61,339 bases of DNA from Deltaproteobacteria bacterium (GTDB taxonomy: Bacteria > Bdellovibrionota_C > UBA2361 > OMII01): positions 1 through 61,339 of the forward strand of contig CANLJX010000003.1 of NCBI GenBank assembly GCA_947491545.1, read 5' to 3'. The notes beneath the pieces were generated by a model. It was not told where the DNA came from. It made no database searches and saw only the letters and a program-made list of their open reading frames with translations. Positions 48,242 to 57,945 of the stretch are shown one piece after another (within the stretch, counting starts at the first letter, position 1; each line of letters opens with the position of its first letter). The position numbers and the translations under genes were made by a program.

Positions 48242-49669
48242 ATGTCAAAACCAAGCGTAGGAATGATCGGCCTGGCCGTAATGGGCTCTAACCTTGCCCG
48301 CAACATCGAGAGCCGAGGAATCCCCGTTGCCGTCTACAACCGCACCGGAGAGGTGACGAAGGAGTTCATGGCGAAGTTTGGAACCCGGGATGGCAAGCCT
48401 GCTGGTTTCACCGCATCCTACACGATGGAGGAATTCGTTAAGAGCATGCAGTCCCCGCGCCAGATCATCATCATGGTCAAGGCGGGAGCCGGGACCGATG
48501 CGGTGATCGACCAGATGGCTCCGCTCCTGGAGAAGGGCGACATCGTCATCGACGGAGGCAACGCGTACTTCAAGGACACTGTCCGTCGTGAGCAGAAGCT
48601 TACGGCGATGGGGCTCAACTTCCTCGGCATAGGCATATCCGGTGGCGAAGAAGGGGCGCTCAAGGGTCCGAGCCTTATGCCAGGCGGCCCTAAGGACGCT
48701 TGGAAGATCGTCGCGCCGATGCTCGAAAAGATCGCTGCGCAAGCTGATGGCCCCTGCACGAATTACGTCGGCCCGGATGGCGCGGGGCACTTCGTCAAGA
48801 TGGTGCACAACGGAATCGAGTACGGCGACATGCAGCTTATAGCGGAAGCCTACGACATCTTGAGGAGCGTGGTCGGCTGCAAGCCAGACGAGCTAGCGAA
48901 GATCTTCGACACGTGGAATTCAGGCGTGCTCTCGTCGTTCCTGATCGAGATTACCGCCAAGATTTTCACCAAGAAGGATCCTCAGGGCCCCGGCTACCTC
49001 GTCGACAAGATCCTCGACAAGGCAGGACAGAAGGGCACCGGAATGTGGACAGCGCAAACCGCGCTCGACCTCGGCGTGTCGATCCCAACTATCTCGGCAG
49101 CTGTTGACGCGCGCACCCTGAGCAGCATCAAGGACCAGCGTGTGGTGGCCGCGAAGGAGTTTGCTGGACCGTCCGTGGAGGACTTCACCGGCGACCGGCA
49201 GCAGTTCATTCAAGCCGTCCATGATGCCCTGTACGCCTCAAAAATTATGTCGTACGCCCAGGGCATGGCTCTCATTGCTACTGCATCACAGCAGTGGAAC
49301 TGGGACCTTAAGCTCGACGAAATCGCTGCGATGTGGAAGGGAGGATGCATCATCCGCGCCAAGTTCCTTGACGAGATCCGTCGCGCATTCGCCTCGAAGC
49401 CTGCTCCGACCAACCTGCTGCTCGACTCCTTCATGAAGAAGGAAGTCACGCGGTGTGTCCCGAACCTGCGCAAAGTCGTCGGTGCCGCAGTAAGCCGCGG
49501 AGTGCCAGTCTTGGGCTTCGCAGCCTCGCTCGGCTACTTCGACAGCTTCCGCACCGCAGAGCTGCCACAGAACCTGACCCAGGCGCAGCGGGACTTCTTT
49601 GGTGCTCATACGTATGAGCGCAAGGACGCTCCGGGCACCAGCTACCACACCGAGTGGGAGCAGCAGTAA
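48242..49669 (+). CDS. gnd: 6-phosphogluconate dehydrogenase (decarboxylating)
   Basis: GMIGLAVMGSNLARN, GISGGEEGA..GPSLMPGG, HFVKMVHNGIEYGDMQLIAEAY and the C-terminal RDFFGAHTYER are present. Confidence 0.95.
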   Translation: MSKPSVGMIGLAVMGSNLARNIESRGIPVAVYNRTGEVTKEFMAKFGTRDGKPAGFTASYTMEEFVKSMQSPRQIIIMVKAGAGTDAVIDQMAPLLEKGDIVIDGGNAYFKDTVRREQKLTAMGLNFLGIGISGGEEGALKGPSLMPGGPKDAWKIVAPMLEKIAAQADGPCTNYVGPDGAGHFVKMVHNGIEYGDMQLIAEAYDILRSVVGCKPDELAKIFDTWNSGVLSSFLIEITAKIFTKKDPQGPGYLVDKILDKAGQKGTGMWTAQTALDLGVSIPTISAAVDARTLSSIKDQRVVAAKEFAGPSVEDFTGDRQQFIQAVHDALYASKIMSYAQGMALIATASQQWNWDLKLDEIAAMWKGGCIIRAKFLDEIRRAFASKPAPTNLLLDSFMKKEVTRCVPNLRKVVGAAVSRGVPVLGFAASLGYFDSFRTAELPQNLTQAQRDFFGAHTYERKDAPGTSYHTEWEQQ

Positions 49670-49673
49670 GGGG

Positions 49674-50882
49674 CTACGCTCGAGTCAGCAGGCCGAGCAC
49701 CTCGCAGTGCTCGGTAAGCGGGAACATGTCAAAGAGGGCGATACGCTGTAGCGTGTACGCCCCGCGCCAGGCTGACACGTCTCGTGCAAAGGTCTCTGGG
49801 TTGCAGCTTGAGTACAAGATCTGCTCGGGCGTGGCATGAGCTATCGCCTTAACCAATTCAGCCGACAAACCGCGGCGCGGTGGGTTAACCAGAACTGTGT
49901 CGAAGCGCGATTCTGCGAGGGACTCCACCATCCGCAGAGCATCTCCCGCCAGGAATCGAGCTTTTTTCGAGAGACCTAGCTGCGCGGCCGCTGCTGCAGC
50001 GCTCTGAACGGCGGAATGAGAGATCTCTACTCCAGTGACTGATTCACATACCGGTGCCAGCGAGAGCGAGAACCCACCGACTCCGCAGAAGATGTCGAGC
50101 AGGCGGCCTGGCCGAAACTCATCAGCCCAGGCCCGAGCCTTGGCGTAGAGCGCTGCTGCCACTTCCGGCGTTACCTGCATGAACGATTGCGGCGAGAAGA
50201 GCAGCCGAACTGGCCCGTACTGCGCTGAGATCTGCGACTGCTCCGTGAGCACGATCTCCTCGTCGCCCTCAAGCAGCGCTGCAGGCAGAGGCTGGATGTT
50301 GCAGCTTACGACCTTCACCCACGGATGAGCCGCCATGATAGCCGGAATCGCTTTTCGTATGCGTGCTACAGCCTCCGTGCTCCTGAGAACGAAGCGGAGA
50401 ATACCCTCAGAGTGGCTGCTATCTGACATCACTATCAGCCCCTTCAGCTCGCCGCGGCGTGCTTCGATCTCGTAGGGGGTAAGTGCATACGCTCCAATTA
50501 CTCCGCGGATCTCCTCAAGCAGCGCCCGAAAAGGGGCAGGGGAGAGCGGGCACACTGCAAGCTCAACGGCTTTCAAGTCTGAGCGCACAATTCCGATAAC
50601 AGGAGCTGACACGGTGCCTGTGACGCTCACCTTTATCTTTGCTCGCGAGCCCCAGGGGCTTGATGGCAACAGGAGCGGCTCGACTAGAGCCGAAGCAATT
50701 CCTGCTCCGCGCAGCACCTCAAGCACACTGGCTGTCTTGGAGCTTGCCCGATGGCCACTACTGAGCGCTAGGAGGCCGCAGGAGCGGCACGTGCCAGCGT
50801 CGTACAGGGCACATGAGGCGCTCTCGTAGCGCTCCCCTGCGGCCGCTCCCTCTGTCTTGCCGGGCTCTGTCATGCTGCGCAT
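49674..50882 (-). CDS. rlmC: 23S rRNA (uracil-C5)-methyltransferase, RlmC/RumB-like
   Basis: Colinear with E. coli RlmC: CALYDAGTCRSC, C-PL, RGELKGLIV, NIQP, SFMQV, DIFCGVGGF, VNPPRRG, YSSCNP, LFDMFPLTEHCEVL. The track start (50918) is TTG. I use the ATG at 50882; the ATG at 50873 is also possible. Confidence 0.85.
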   Translation of the reverse strand: MRSMTEPGKTEGAAAGERYESASCALYDAGTCRSCGLLALSSGHRASSKTASVLEVLRGAGIASALVEPLLLPSSPWGSRAKIKVSVTGTVSAPVIGIVRSDLKAVELAVCPLSPAPFRALLEEIRGVIGAYALTPYEIEARRGELKGLIVMSDSSHSEGILRFVLRSTEAVARIRKAIPAIMAAHPWVKVVSCNIQPLPAALLEGDEEIVLTEQSQISAQYGPVRLLFSPQSFMQVTPEVAAALYAKARAWADEFRPGRLLDIFCGVGGFSLSLAPVCESVTGVEISHSAVQSAAAAAAQLGLSKKARFLAGDALRMVESLAESRFDTVLVNPPRRGLSAELVKAIAHATPEQILYSSCNPETFARDVSAWRGAYTLQRIALFDMFPLTEHCEVLGLLTRA

Positions 50883-50949
50883 TCTTGCCTCAAATGGGCT
50901 GCTAGGGAAGTCCGGCAAAAAAGTGGGAGAGGACCGGAGGGGGATGACT

Positions 50950-51028
50950 ACAAAGAGAGCGGCGAGGGCGGAGAGAGGGAGAGGCTGGAGTGTTCAATTC
51001 CATCTCCCGTTCTCGCCGCTCTCTTTGT
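50950..51028. repeat. Perfect 17-bp inverted repeat with a 45-nt spacer (long stem-loop) in the divergent rlmC/dapF intergenic region
   Basis: acaaagagagcggcgag (50950-50966) is the exact reverse complement of ctcgccgctctctttgt (51012-51028). Inner bases (cggaga / tctcccg) extend the stem with one bulge. Confidence 0.85.
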
Positions 51029-51212
51029 GAAAACTCATTGTCTCAACCCTTTAGTCTCCGCCTAGCAAATGAGTAGCGGCTCCGCTCATCAATTTTCGGG
51101 TCATTAACGAGCCGATTTCCGGGGTTGCCGAAGCGCTTAAGCTCTCCCTCCGACCCTCATCTCCGCGTGGAACCCGTGGCAACTCGCCGTAAGCCCTGAT
51201 ACAGTTCGCAGC

Positions 51213-52046
51213 ATGAAATTCTCTCGCTACCATGCCCTGGGAAATGACTACTTGGTTATGGAAGCTGCTGAGCTTGGTCCGGCGCCCTCCGAGGCCGTAG
51301 TCGCGCGCATCTGTGACCGGCACTTCGGGGTCGGTTCTGACGGAATCCTTGTGCATGAAGCACGGCGCAGCGGTGGTGTTTTCTCGCTACGCATCTACAA
51401 CCCAGACGGCTCGCAGGCGGAGAAGAGCGGCAACGGCCTCCGTATCTTTGCTCGGTACCTCTGGGATCGAGGACTCGTTTCTGACGCTGCCTTCTCTGTG
51501 AGCACTGCGGGGGGAGACGTTTCGTGCCTTGTGTCTGAGTCAGGGCGGCTTGTGACTGTCGATATGGGTCAGGTGAGCTTCTCAAGCGGGGCAATACCGG
51601 TTGTTGGGCCAGAGCGCGAAGTGCTTCACGAGAAGGTTGAGGTTGCCGGAAGAGAGCTCCTGTTCTGCGCCGCGACGGTTGGCAATCCCCACTGCGTCGT
51701 CCTCGATCTTGACCCGACCCGAGAGAACGCCGAGCGCTTCGGCCCGCTCCTTGAGCGGCATACTCTCTTTCCAAACCGCACCAATGTGCAGCTCCTCCGT
51801 GTGCTTTCACGCGCAGAGATACACATTGAGATCTGGGAGCGCGGCGCAGGGTATACGCTTGCATCAGGCAGCAGCAGTTCGGCCGCTGCAGCCGTAGCCC
51901 ACCGGCTCGGATTAGTTGACGATGCGGTTGTTGTCTCGATGCCGGGCGGCAAACTCTCGATTGAGATAGGAGCTGCATACGCAATCCGCATGACTGGTCC
52001 CGTTACGCGCGTTTGTGACGGCGAAATTTGGGCAGAGTGTCTCTAG
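51213..52046 (+). CDS. dapF: Diaminopimelate epimerase
   Basis: F.KYHALGNDY, GSDG, NPDGSQAEKSGNGLR (first active-site region; Ser-Gly where Cys-Gly is usual), VGNPHCV, ERGAGYTLASGSS (second site; Ala-Ser where Ala-Cys is usual). Confidence 0.88.
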   Translation: MKFSRYHALGNDYLVMEAAELGPAPSEAVVARICDRHFGVGSDGILVHEARRSGGVFSLRIYNPDGSQAEKSGNGLRIFARYLWDRGLVSDAAFSVSTAGGDVSCLVSESGRLVTVDMGQVSFSSGAIPVVGPEREVLHEKVEVAGRELLFCAATVGNPHCVVLDLDPTRENAERFGPLLERHTLFPNRTNVQLLRVLSRAEIHIEIWERGAGYTLASGSSSSAAAAVAHRLGLVDDAVVVSMPGGKLSIEIGAAYAIRMTGPVTRVCDGEIWAECL

Positions 52047-52106
52047 GAGCTGCTCGCAGGGCTGCCGTGAAGCGCCGGCTCAAGATCCCGCGGAACGGTG
52101 CTCGAG

Positions 52107-55100
52107 CTAGAAGAAGTTGTAGTTAATTCCGAGGATGAAGGAGCGACCTTCGAGCAGCGGATTCTCGACACCGGTGATGGTATTGTAGTCGAAGTCGCGA
52201 TTGAGAATGTTATCCACTCGGAAGAACACGTTTCCGTGCTGTTCCGGAAAGCGGTAAGAGACGGCTGTGTCGAAGAGCCAGAAGCCGCCGCCCGCCTGCG
52301 ATTCATCTGGCAGGTAGCCTGGAAGTCCGGAGATATTCTGGTTGCGGTAGGTTCCCGAAACGGTGAAGGAGAGGTGTTTGCCGTAGTACTGGCGGGCGCC
52401 GAGGCGCACTCTACGGCTTATAATAGTAGCTGGTTCCTCTCCGGGGTCCTGCAAGTTAAACCAGTCCATCAACGTATCGGCGGTGAAAACTGTGCTGTCT
52501 GAGAGCACCGAGTACAAGTATCCCCGGAAGATCTGGTCTTCCGCGTACGAGTTTTCAACGTCAAAGTTCTCAAGCCCTACCAGCGACAGTTCTGGGTACG
52601 CCAGCTCGGAGTACTGCTCGACGTAGCCGATTGGCTCTTTCAGGTTCCTGTGAGTGTACTGAGCGCCGACGTAGACCTTGTTGGGAGCCTTCGCATCAAG
52701 ACCAAAGGCGTAGTTCTCGCTCTCAGCGCCGGACAGGTTGTTAAAGTCTTGGTTTAATCCGCCGACGAGCGTTGGCTCGAGCGAGCTTAAGTCGGTGAGG
52801 TCGCTCTTCGAGAGGTTCTGAAAGTAGGCAGCACGAGTGGTCAACCACGAGGTGGGTGTCGTTACAAGGCCGATTTTAGGGCTAAGCTTGCTTTCACGCT
52901 CAGTAGCTGACAGGTATGGAGGAATGTAATTTGGCTCGTATTCAACGGTGGTCGCCGTGAGCCCCAGAGTCAAGTTGGCAGTCTGTGGGATCTTGAAAGA
53001 GAGGTACTCGTACACGTCCCCTGAGGAGAGATTGGCCGAGGAGCTGGTGTTGATATCCCCTTGAACGTCAACCTGGCAGGCAGGATCAGCTCCGCCCTCA
53101 CAGACGTTTATTTGAGAGACTGGGGAATTCTCTCGACGGCTCGAATCGAAGTACAGCCCCTGAACGCCGGTTACCGAGTCGATATACTTCGACGTGTAGA
53201 TGAGCTGCGCAGAGTAGTTGTTCTGGCTTATCACGTCCTTTGGATTTGCCTGTAGGGAGAGAGGGGCATAGAAGAACGTGTCGGGAGCGGTAAAGTCCGC
53301 AGACAAGTTGTTCGTTCGCTCTTCTGGAAATGAGAACTGATTGCTGTCCCTGGCATACCCTGCCTGCGCCAAGAAAGTGAGGTTTGTTGAGAACCTATGG
53401 TTGTAGCCCAGAGAAACATCGCCGGCGTGAAACCCTTCTGACTCGTACGACGATGTCCCATCAGCCGTCGTCTCGTTGTTTTGGGTAGACGCCCTAAAGT
53501 TCCCTTCAAGGACGAAGCGGTCGTCAGGCGTAAGCTCGTACTGCAGCGCTCCGCGGACGGTATTTGCAGACGAGTGGTACGGGTTCGGGTTCGAGGAATT
53601 GGCGTAGTACGGCGCGTAGCGGAAGAGGTATCCGAAGGAGTCAGTCTTTCCGGTAGCAAGCAGCTCGCCACCGACCTGATTCTGGTTGCTCTGCCACACC
53701 GCCTGGAAGGCTTCGCGGGACTCCTTCTTGTCGAACAAGGCGTTGTAGTCACCGAGAGCTGTTGACTCGCCGATGCTGTTAAAGATGTTGAAGCTCAGGG
53801 GCGAGAGCAGGTTTGCAATACGCTCTTCCGAGAATCGGGCCTCGGCATCAAGGATCGAATTGTACGAGTCTCCGAGAAGCCGGTGTGCCGAGTAGTTCCC
53901 ATAGTCATCGCTAATTGACTTGATCGCCTCTACACGAGCGATATCGCTGAATCCGAGTTCGTTGAAGACTCGCGCCAGTCCTGCGCCGCGAACAGCCAAA
54001 TCGCGGTCGAGAAGGAGGGTGGAGCGGTAGACGGCGCGGTTGTTGTTCAGCGCGATAGACTTCTCCACGTCTCGTAATCCGCCGATCACGTCGTTTTGCG
54101 CAACGTCGACGTAGGAACGGTACAAGTACGCGGTTGGATCGTTCTTGTCGAGCTCGATAGCTGCGTTGTACTCCTCACGAGCCGCGTCTGAATGCTCATC
54201 GTCGAAGAAGAGCTTTCCGAGGTACGAGCGGTAGGACGCCACAGCCGGATCGAGCTGCACTGCTTTAGAGAGGAGCTCTTTTGTTTCACCGTACTCACGG
54301 TCATTGACCTTAACCAGGGCTTGTCCGAGGTAGGCAAGCGACTGAGAGGGGTCTTCGCGCTGCGCCTGCACAAAGTTGGCTTGGGCATCATCAAAATCAT
54401 GTCTTGAGAGGGCAGCGAATCCAGCGAGGATTGAGTTCATCGAGCTGGCTCCAAATTCTGCCCTGCGCTCGTTTAGGAGTTGAGTCGCATCGGCGTACCG
54501 ATCGAAGGAGAGCATCAGCTCAGCCTCACGGTCGTAGAGCGAGGCGACTTTTGGGTGTGCTGCGCGAGCTTGCTCGATAACCTCCAGTGCGTCATCGAGG
54601 TCCCCCTTTGACTGCAAGACGTATGATTCTAGGATCGCCGAGTTGACCATCCCGGGACGTGCGGCTTTTGCAGCGTCGTATTTAGCCTGCGCCCCCTGGG
54701 GATTCCCCTCAACCAGGTCAGTGAAGGCGAGCACTATGTCGCGCAGTGCCCGGTCTGTGGGGCTAGCTCCAGCAGGCGCCTTGAGCAGCGCAGCACGGGC
54801 GCCTGAAGGATTTCCTACGCGCCAGTCGGCCACGGCCCTGAGCACCGATCCGCGAGCCGTGCCAGAGAGGGGTTGGTCATGCTTGTCGAGAGCGGTGAGG
54901 AGAGTGTCGCCCTTGCTCACGTCTGCGAGGATAGCCTTAATGGCCTGAGCGCACGCATCTCCACAGCCTGGATCGGGCGAAGCGAGCAGGTCGCCCTCCA
55001 CGAGCACGAACGGGAAGTTAATCATCCACTGTACCGAGTCAGCTGGGCGCACCAGGATTGATTTCGTCGGGGCTTCGTTGAGTCGCGTGACTGCGCGGTC

Positions 55101-55802
55101 GCCAAGTGCAAGTGAAACGCTCCCTTTCGAGTTCGAGGCGTTTACAGAGCCGTGCAGCACATCGATAGTAGTTGAATCGGCTGATACGTCGACCACAAGC
55201 TCGGTGCCGAAGATGGCAGCGTTGACATGCCGGGTCTTAATCTCGGGCTCGCGTTTTGCGCCACGCGAGAAGAAGTACGCTTTTCCCTCGGTCTGAGAAA
55301 CTGAAGGGTTGCCTGCAGCGGTCACCTTCTCGAAAGTTAAAGCTGAGTAGCGGCCCAGCCGCACCAGGGCTCCGTCGACGAATTCCACAGCGGCCTTGCC
55401 GTCTTTCCCGGTCCGGATGGTGTCTCCCTCGCGAAAGTTCGCGCCGGTGTTTACGCCTTCCCAAGAGCTGGTGCCGACCCGCCTGACGGAAACGGATCCC
55501 TCGCTAGCGTATAGGGTCGCAACTGTATCGTTCTGTGCGATGGCGCCCTGCGGGCTGCAGATCAGCAAGAGCCCGGTCAGTAGGGCCAAAAGCGAGAATA
55601 TGAGGGGCCTGCGCAGGAAATCCAAAGGGTTACCTCTCGGCGTGTACAATCCTCTCGTAGATGGAGATGCTTGAGACTCGTATTTGGCATCAGAATTTTT
55701 AGGGGATCCCGCTAAGCTTTCTGGCACTAATGCCGATAAGAGTCTCGTGGACAGGAGACTATCACCGGAGCAGAGGTCCAGCTTTTGGGGCTTACGGGGC
55801 AT
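52107..55802 (-). CDS. Outer-membrane fusion protein: FecR domain + TPR repeats + large C-terminal beta-barrel (up to 1231 aa)
   Basis: FecR: VSVRRVG..W..V..GANFREGDTIRTGKDGKAAVEFVDGALVRLG...GTELVV...HGSV. TPR block at ~370-640. The C-terminal ~550 aa have alternating beta-strand patterns ending ...GINYNFF. The signal peptide (DFLRRPLIFSLLALLTGLLLICSPQGAIA|Q) suggests a true TTG start at 55625 (agaggt Shine-Dalgarno). Confidence 0.8.
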   Translation of the reverse strand: MPRKPQKLDLCSGDSLLSTRLLSALVPESLAGSPKNSDAKYESQASPSTRGLYTPRGNPLDFLRRPLIFSLLALLTGLLLICSPQGAIAQNDTVATLYASEGSVSVRRVGTSSWEGVNTGANFREGDTIRTGKDGKAAVEFVDGALVRLGRYSALTFEKVTAAGNPSVSQTEGKAYFFSRGAKREPEIKTRHVNAAIFGTELVVDVSADSTTIDVLHGSVNASNSKGSVSLALGDRAVTRLNEAPTKSILVRPADSVQWMINFPFVLVEGDLLASPDPGCGDACAQAIKAILADVSKGDTLLTALDKHDQPLSGTARGSVLRAVADWRVGNPSGARAALLKAPAGASPTDRALRDIVLAFTDLVEGNPQGAQAKYDAAKAARPGMVNSAILESYVLQSKGDLDDALEVIEQARAAHPKVASLYDREAELMLSFDRYADATQLLNERRAEFGASSMNSILAGFAALSRHDFDDAQANFVQAQREDPSQSLAYLGQALVKVNDREYGETKELLSKAVQLDPAVASYRSYLGKLFFDDEHSDAAREEYNAAIELDKNDPTAYLYRSYVDVAQNDVIGGLRDVEKSIALNNNRAVYRSTLLLDRDLAVRGAGLARVFNELGFSDIARVEAIKSISDDYGNYSAHRLLGDSYNSILDAEARFSEERIANLLSPLSFNIFNSIGESTALGDYNALFDKKESREAFQAVWQSNQNQVGGELLATGKTDSFGYLFRYAPYYANSSNPNPYHSSANTVRGALQYELTPDDRFVLEGNFRASTQNNETTADGTSSYESEGFHAGDVSLGYNHRFSTNLTFLAQAGYARDSNQFSFPEERTNNLSADFTAPDTFFYAPLSLQANPKDVISQNNYSAQLIYTSKYIDSVTGVQGLYFDSSRRENSPVSQINVCEGGADPACQVDVQGDINTSSSANLSSGDVYEYLSFKIPQTANLTLGLTATTVEYEPNYIPPYLSATERESKLSPKIGLVTTPTSWLTTRAAYFQNLSKSDLTDLSSLEPTLVGGLNQDFNNLSGAESENYAFGLDAKAPNKVYVGAQYTHRNLKEPIGYVEQYSELAYPELSLVGLENFDVENSYAEDQIFRGYLYSVLSDSTVFTADTLMDWFNLQDPGEEPATIISRRVRLGARQYYGKHLSFTVSGTYRNQNISGLPGYLPDESQAGGGFWLFDTAVSYRFPEQHGNVFFRVDNILNRDFDYNTITGVENPLLEGRSFILGINYNFF

Positions 55803-55866
55803 ACACTTTCTTCGACAGCTGTGTCGGAGTTCTTTAACTCTTCTGCGTTAGGACGATAGAAAAAGC

Positions 55867-57945
55867 ATGGCTGAAACCGGAACAGAGACCAGTTCGTTCT
55901 TTTCCCCGGGGCACATTATCGGCAACCGCTACAAGGTTATCCGGCCCCTCGGCAGCGGCGGCATGGCGTCCGTATACCTGGCCGAAGACCTGGTGCTCGG
56001 TGAAACCCAGGTAGCAGTCAAAATCCTGCGTCAAACGGGGAATTTCAAAGAGGACATGGTGCACCGATTCCTGCGGGAGGTGCGCCTAACCCACAAAATT
56101 AACCACGAGAATGTGGTGCGGACGTTTGACTTCGGTCAGGACGGAGACACGCTCTACTACACCATGGAGTACCTGGCCGGCAGTACCCTTGAGGCTGCGC
56201 TCAGGAATGAGGTCATCCCGCTTGAAAGCATCTTGGGGATAGCGGTTCAGCTCATGCGTGGCATCTCGGCTGTCCACGCAGTCGGCGTCATACATCGCGA
56301 CATAAAGCCAGCTAACGTGATGATCCTGGACGAGGGGCGCCTAAAGATCACCGACTTCGGTATCTCGCGCGGAGGCGTGTCGAACCTCACGTCGTCTTCT
56401 GGCGAGATCGTCGGCACAATCGCGTTCCTTGCACCAGAGACGCTCGTCGGCGAGGAATCGACCATCGCTGTTGACTACTACGCTATTGGGGCGATCCTGT
56501 ACCAGCTCCTAACCGGACATCCTCCGATTGACGACGAGGTGCCGGCGCGCCTCATTATGCGCAAAGTCGAGGAGATGCCTCCCGACCCACGGGAGTTCCG
56601 ACCTGATGTGCCTGAGTGGCTGGCCCAAGGACTGCTCGGCCTGCTGGAGATCGACCCGAAGCTTCGCATGCGCTCCCTGCCCACCTTCGCAGCAAATCTA
56701 GACAAGTATGCCCCACGCCAACTCGATGAAGGCCTGGTTGCAGGGCTGATTAACAACACGCTTTCGATCGACAAGCTGCTCGAAGACGCGCCGCTGCACA
56801 CTCGAATTCTGCGGCGGGTTAGCCAAGGAGCTATAACCAATAGAGTCATGATGGGGGTGATCCTCTCGCTTTTCGCGGTCCCTCTAAGCTCAACCGACAT
56901 GTTTGCGAGCATCGAGCTATCGCAGTCTGACAACCTCTTCCGGATGCGCGGACCACGGGAGCCGATGGAGAACATTGCTGTTATCTCCATGGACGAGAAC
57001 AGCTACCAGGCGCTTGGTGTGCCGATCACTGGCGCATGGCCGCGGCAGCTCCATACCAAGCTCGTGAATCGCTTGGCTGATGACAAAGCGAAAAGAGTCG
57101 TCTTCGACATCATCTTTAACGACAAGTCGGCTGATGAGACAATTGATCTAGAGCTTGCGTCTGCCATGAGGCGCGTTCCAACCGTTTTGGCAGCGGCGCT
57201 GGGCACAACCCAGAAAGCAACCTTGAATGGCTCCTTCATGCTTGAGGAGCTGATCAAGCCCGCTCTGGTTTTCGAGGATGCAGCAGTCGCTATCGGCACG
57301 GTAGGGTTGCCGCAGCGTTTCGGGCGCGTTCGGCAGTTTAACGTCGAGCGCTCAGAGCTCTTCCCTGATGTGCCGTCCCTTGCTCAGGCTGCAGCTAGCG
57401 TGCTTGAGGGACAGGCTGGGCAGCCAAACGCTTTATCACTCATCAATTTCTACGGGCACGCTCGTACCATTCCGACTGTTCCATACGAGATGGTTATCGA
57501 CGAGAAGAAGCCTCTCCCGGCCGGCAGCTTTAAGGACAAGATCGTTTTTGTGGGTCTTGGCTTGCGCAGCCGGACAGGCCCGTCTCAGCGCGAGTCGTTC
57601 GTTACCCCGTACGACCAGGGGATGTTCGGGACTGAGATCCACGCAACCGCCGCCTCTAACATGGAGAAGCAGGACTGGATCCAGGAGATCTCTTCAGTGT
57701 GGGGCACTGTAGCGTGCGCGGTGATTGCATCGCTCTTTGCAGCGATGATCCTTACCCTGCAAGGCTCCCGAGCTGTCATCACTCTCTGTGGTTCGGTCTT
57801 TGCGGTTATTGCGCTACAGCTCGTGCTATTTAACTTTCGGGTCTTGGTGCCGGTCGTGTGCCCAGTTGTGTGGGGGACCTTCTCTGGGCTCGTTCTGCGT
57901 CTTCTCTTCTCTCAGGCTATGTACACGGGCTGGCGTCGGCGCTAG
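55867..57945 (+). CDS. Hanks-type Ser/Thr protein kinase with a C-terminal CHASE2 sensor domain and 4 TM helices
   Basis: Kinase: LGSGGMASVY, VAVKIL, HRDIKPANVMI, DFGIS, GTIAFLAPE. TM at ~330-350. CHASE2: IAVISMDENSYQALG..WPRQLHTKLVNRL....VVFDIIF, IVFVGLG...TPY...GTEIHATAASN. Three terminal TM helices follow, and the protein ends ~10 aa after the last one. Confidence 0.9.
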   Translation: MAETGTETSSFFSPGHIIGNRYKVIRPLGSGGMASVYLAEDLVLGETQVAVKILRQTGNFKEDMVHRFLREVRLTHKINHENVVRTFDFGQDGDTLYYTMEYLAGSTLEAALRNEVIPLESILGIAVQLMRGISAVHAVGVIHRDIKPANVMILDEGRLKITDFGISRGGVSNLTSSSGEIVGTIAFLAPETLVGEESTIAVDYYAIGAILYQLLTGHPPIDDEVPARLIMRKVEEMPPDPREFRPDVPEWLAQGLLGLLEIDPKLRMRSLPTFAANLDKYAPRQLDEGLVAGLINNTLSIDKLLEDAPLHTRILRRVSQGAITNRVMMGVILSLFAVPLSSTDMFASIELSQSDNLFRMRGPREPMENIAVISMDENSYQALGVPITGAWPRQLHTKLVNRLADDKAKRVVFDIIFNDKSADETIDLELASAMRRVPTVLAAALGTTQKATLNGSFMLEELIKPALVFEDAAVAIGTVGLPQRFGRVRQFNVERSELFPDVPSLAQAAASVLEGQAGQPNALSLINFYGHARTIPTVPYEMVIDEKKPLPAGSFKDKIVFVGLGLRSRTGPSQRESFVTPYDQGMFGTEIHATAASNMEKQDWIQEISSVWGTVACAVIASLFAAMILTLQGSRAVITLCGSVFAVIALQLVLFNFRVLVPVVCPVVWGTFSGLVLRLLFSQAMYTGWRRR

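Noticed and set aside
50950-51028. tRNA-like gene (79 nt, terminal pairing, internal gttcaattcc)
   Set aside because: No cloverleaf can be drawn. The terminal stem is 17 bp rather than 7 bp, the T-arm stem does not pair (gagtg/ccatc), and there are no D or anticodon arms.
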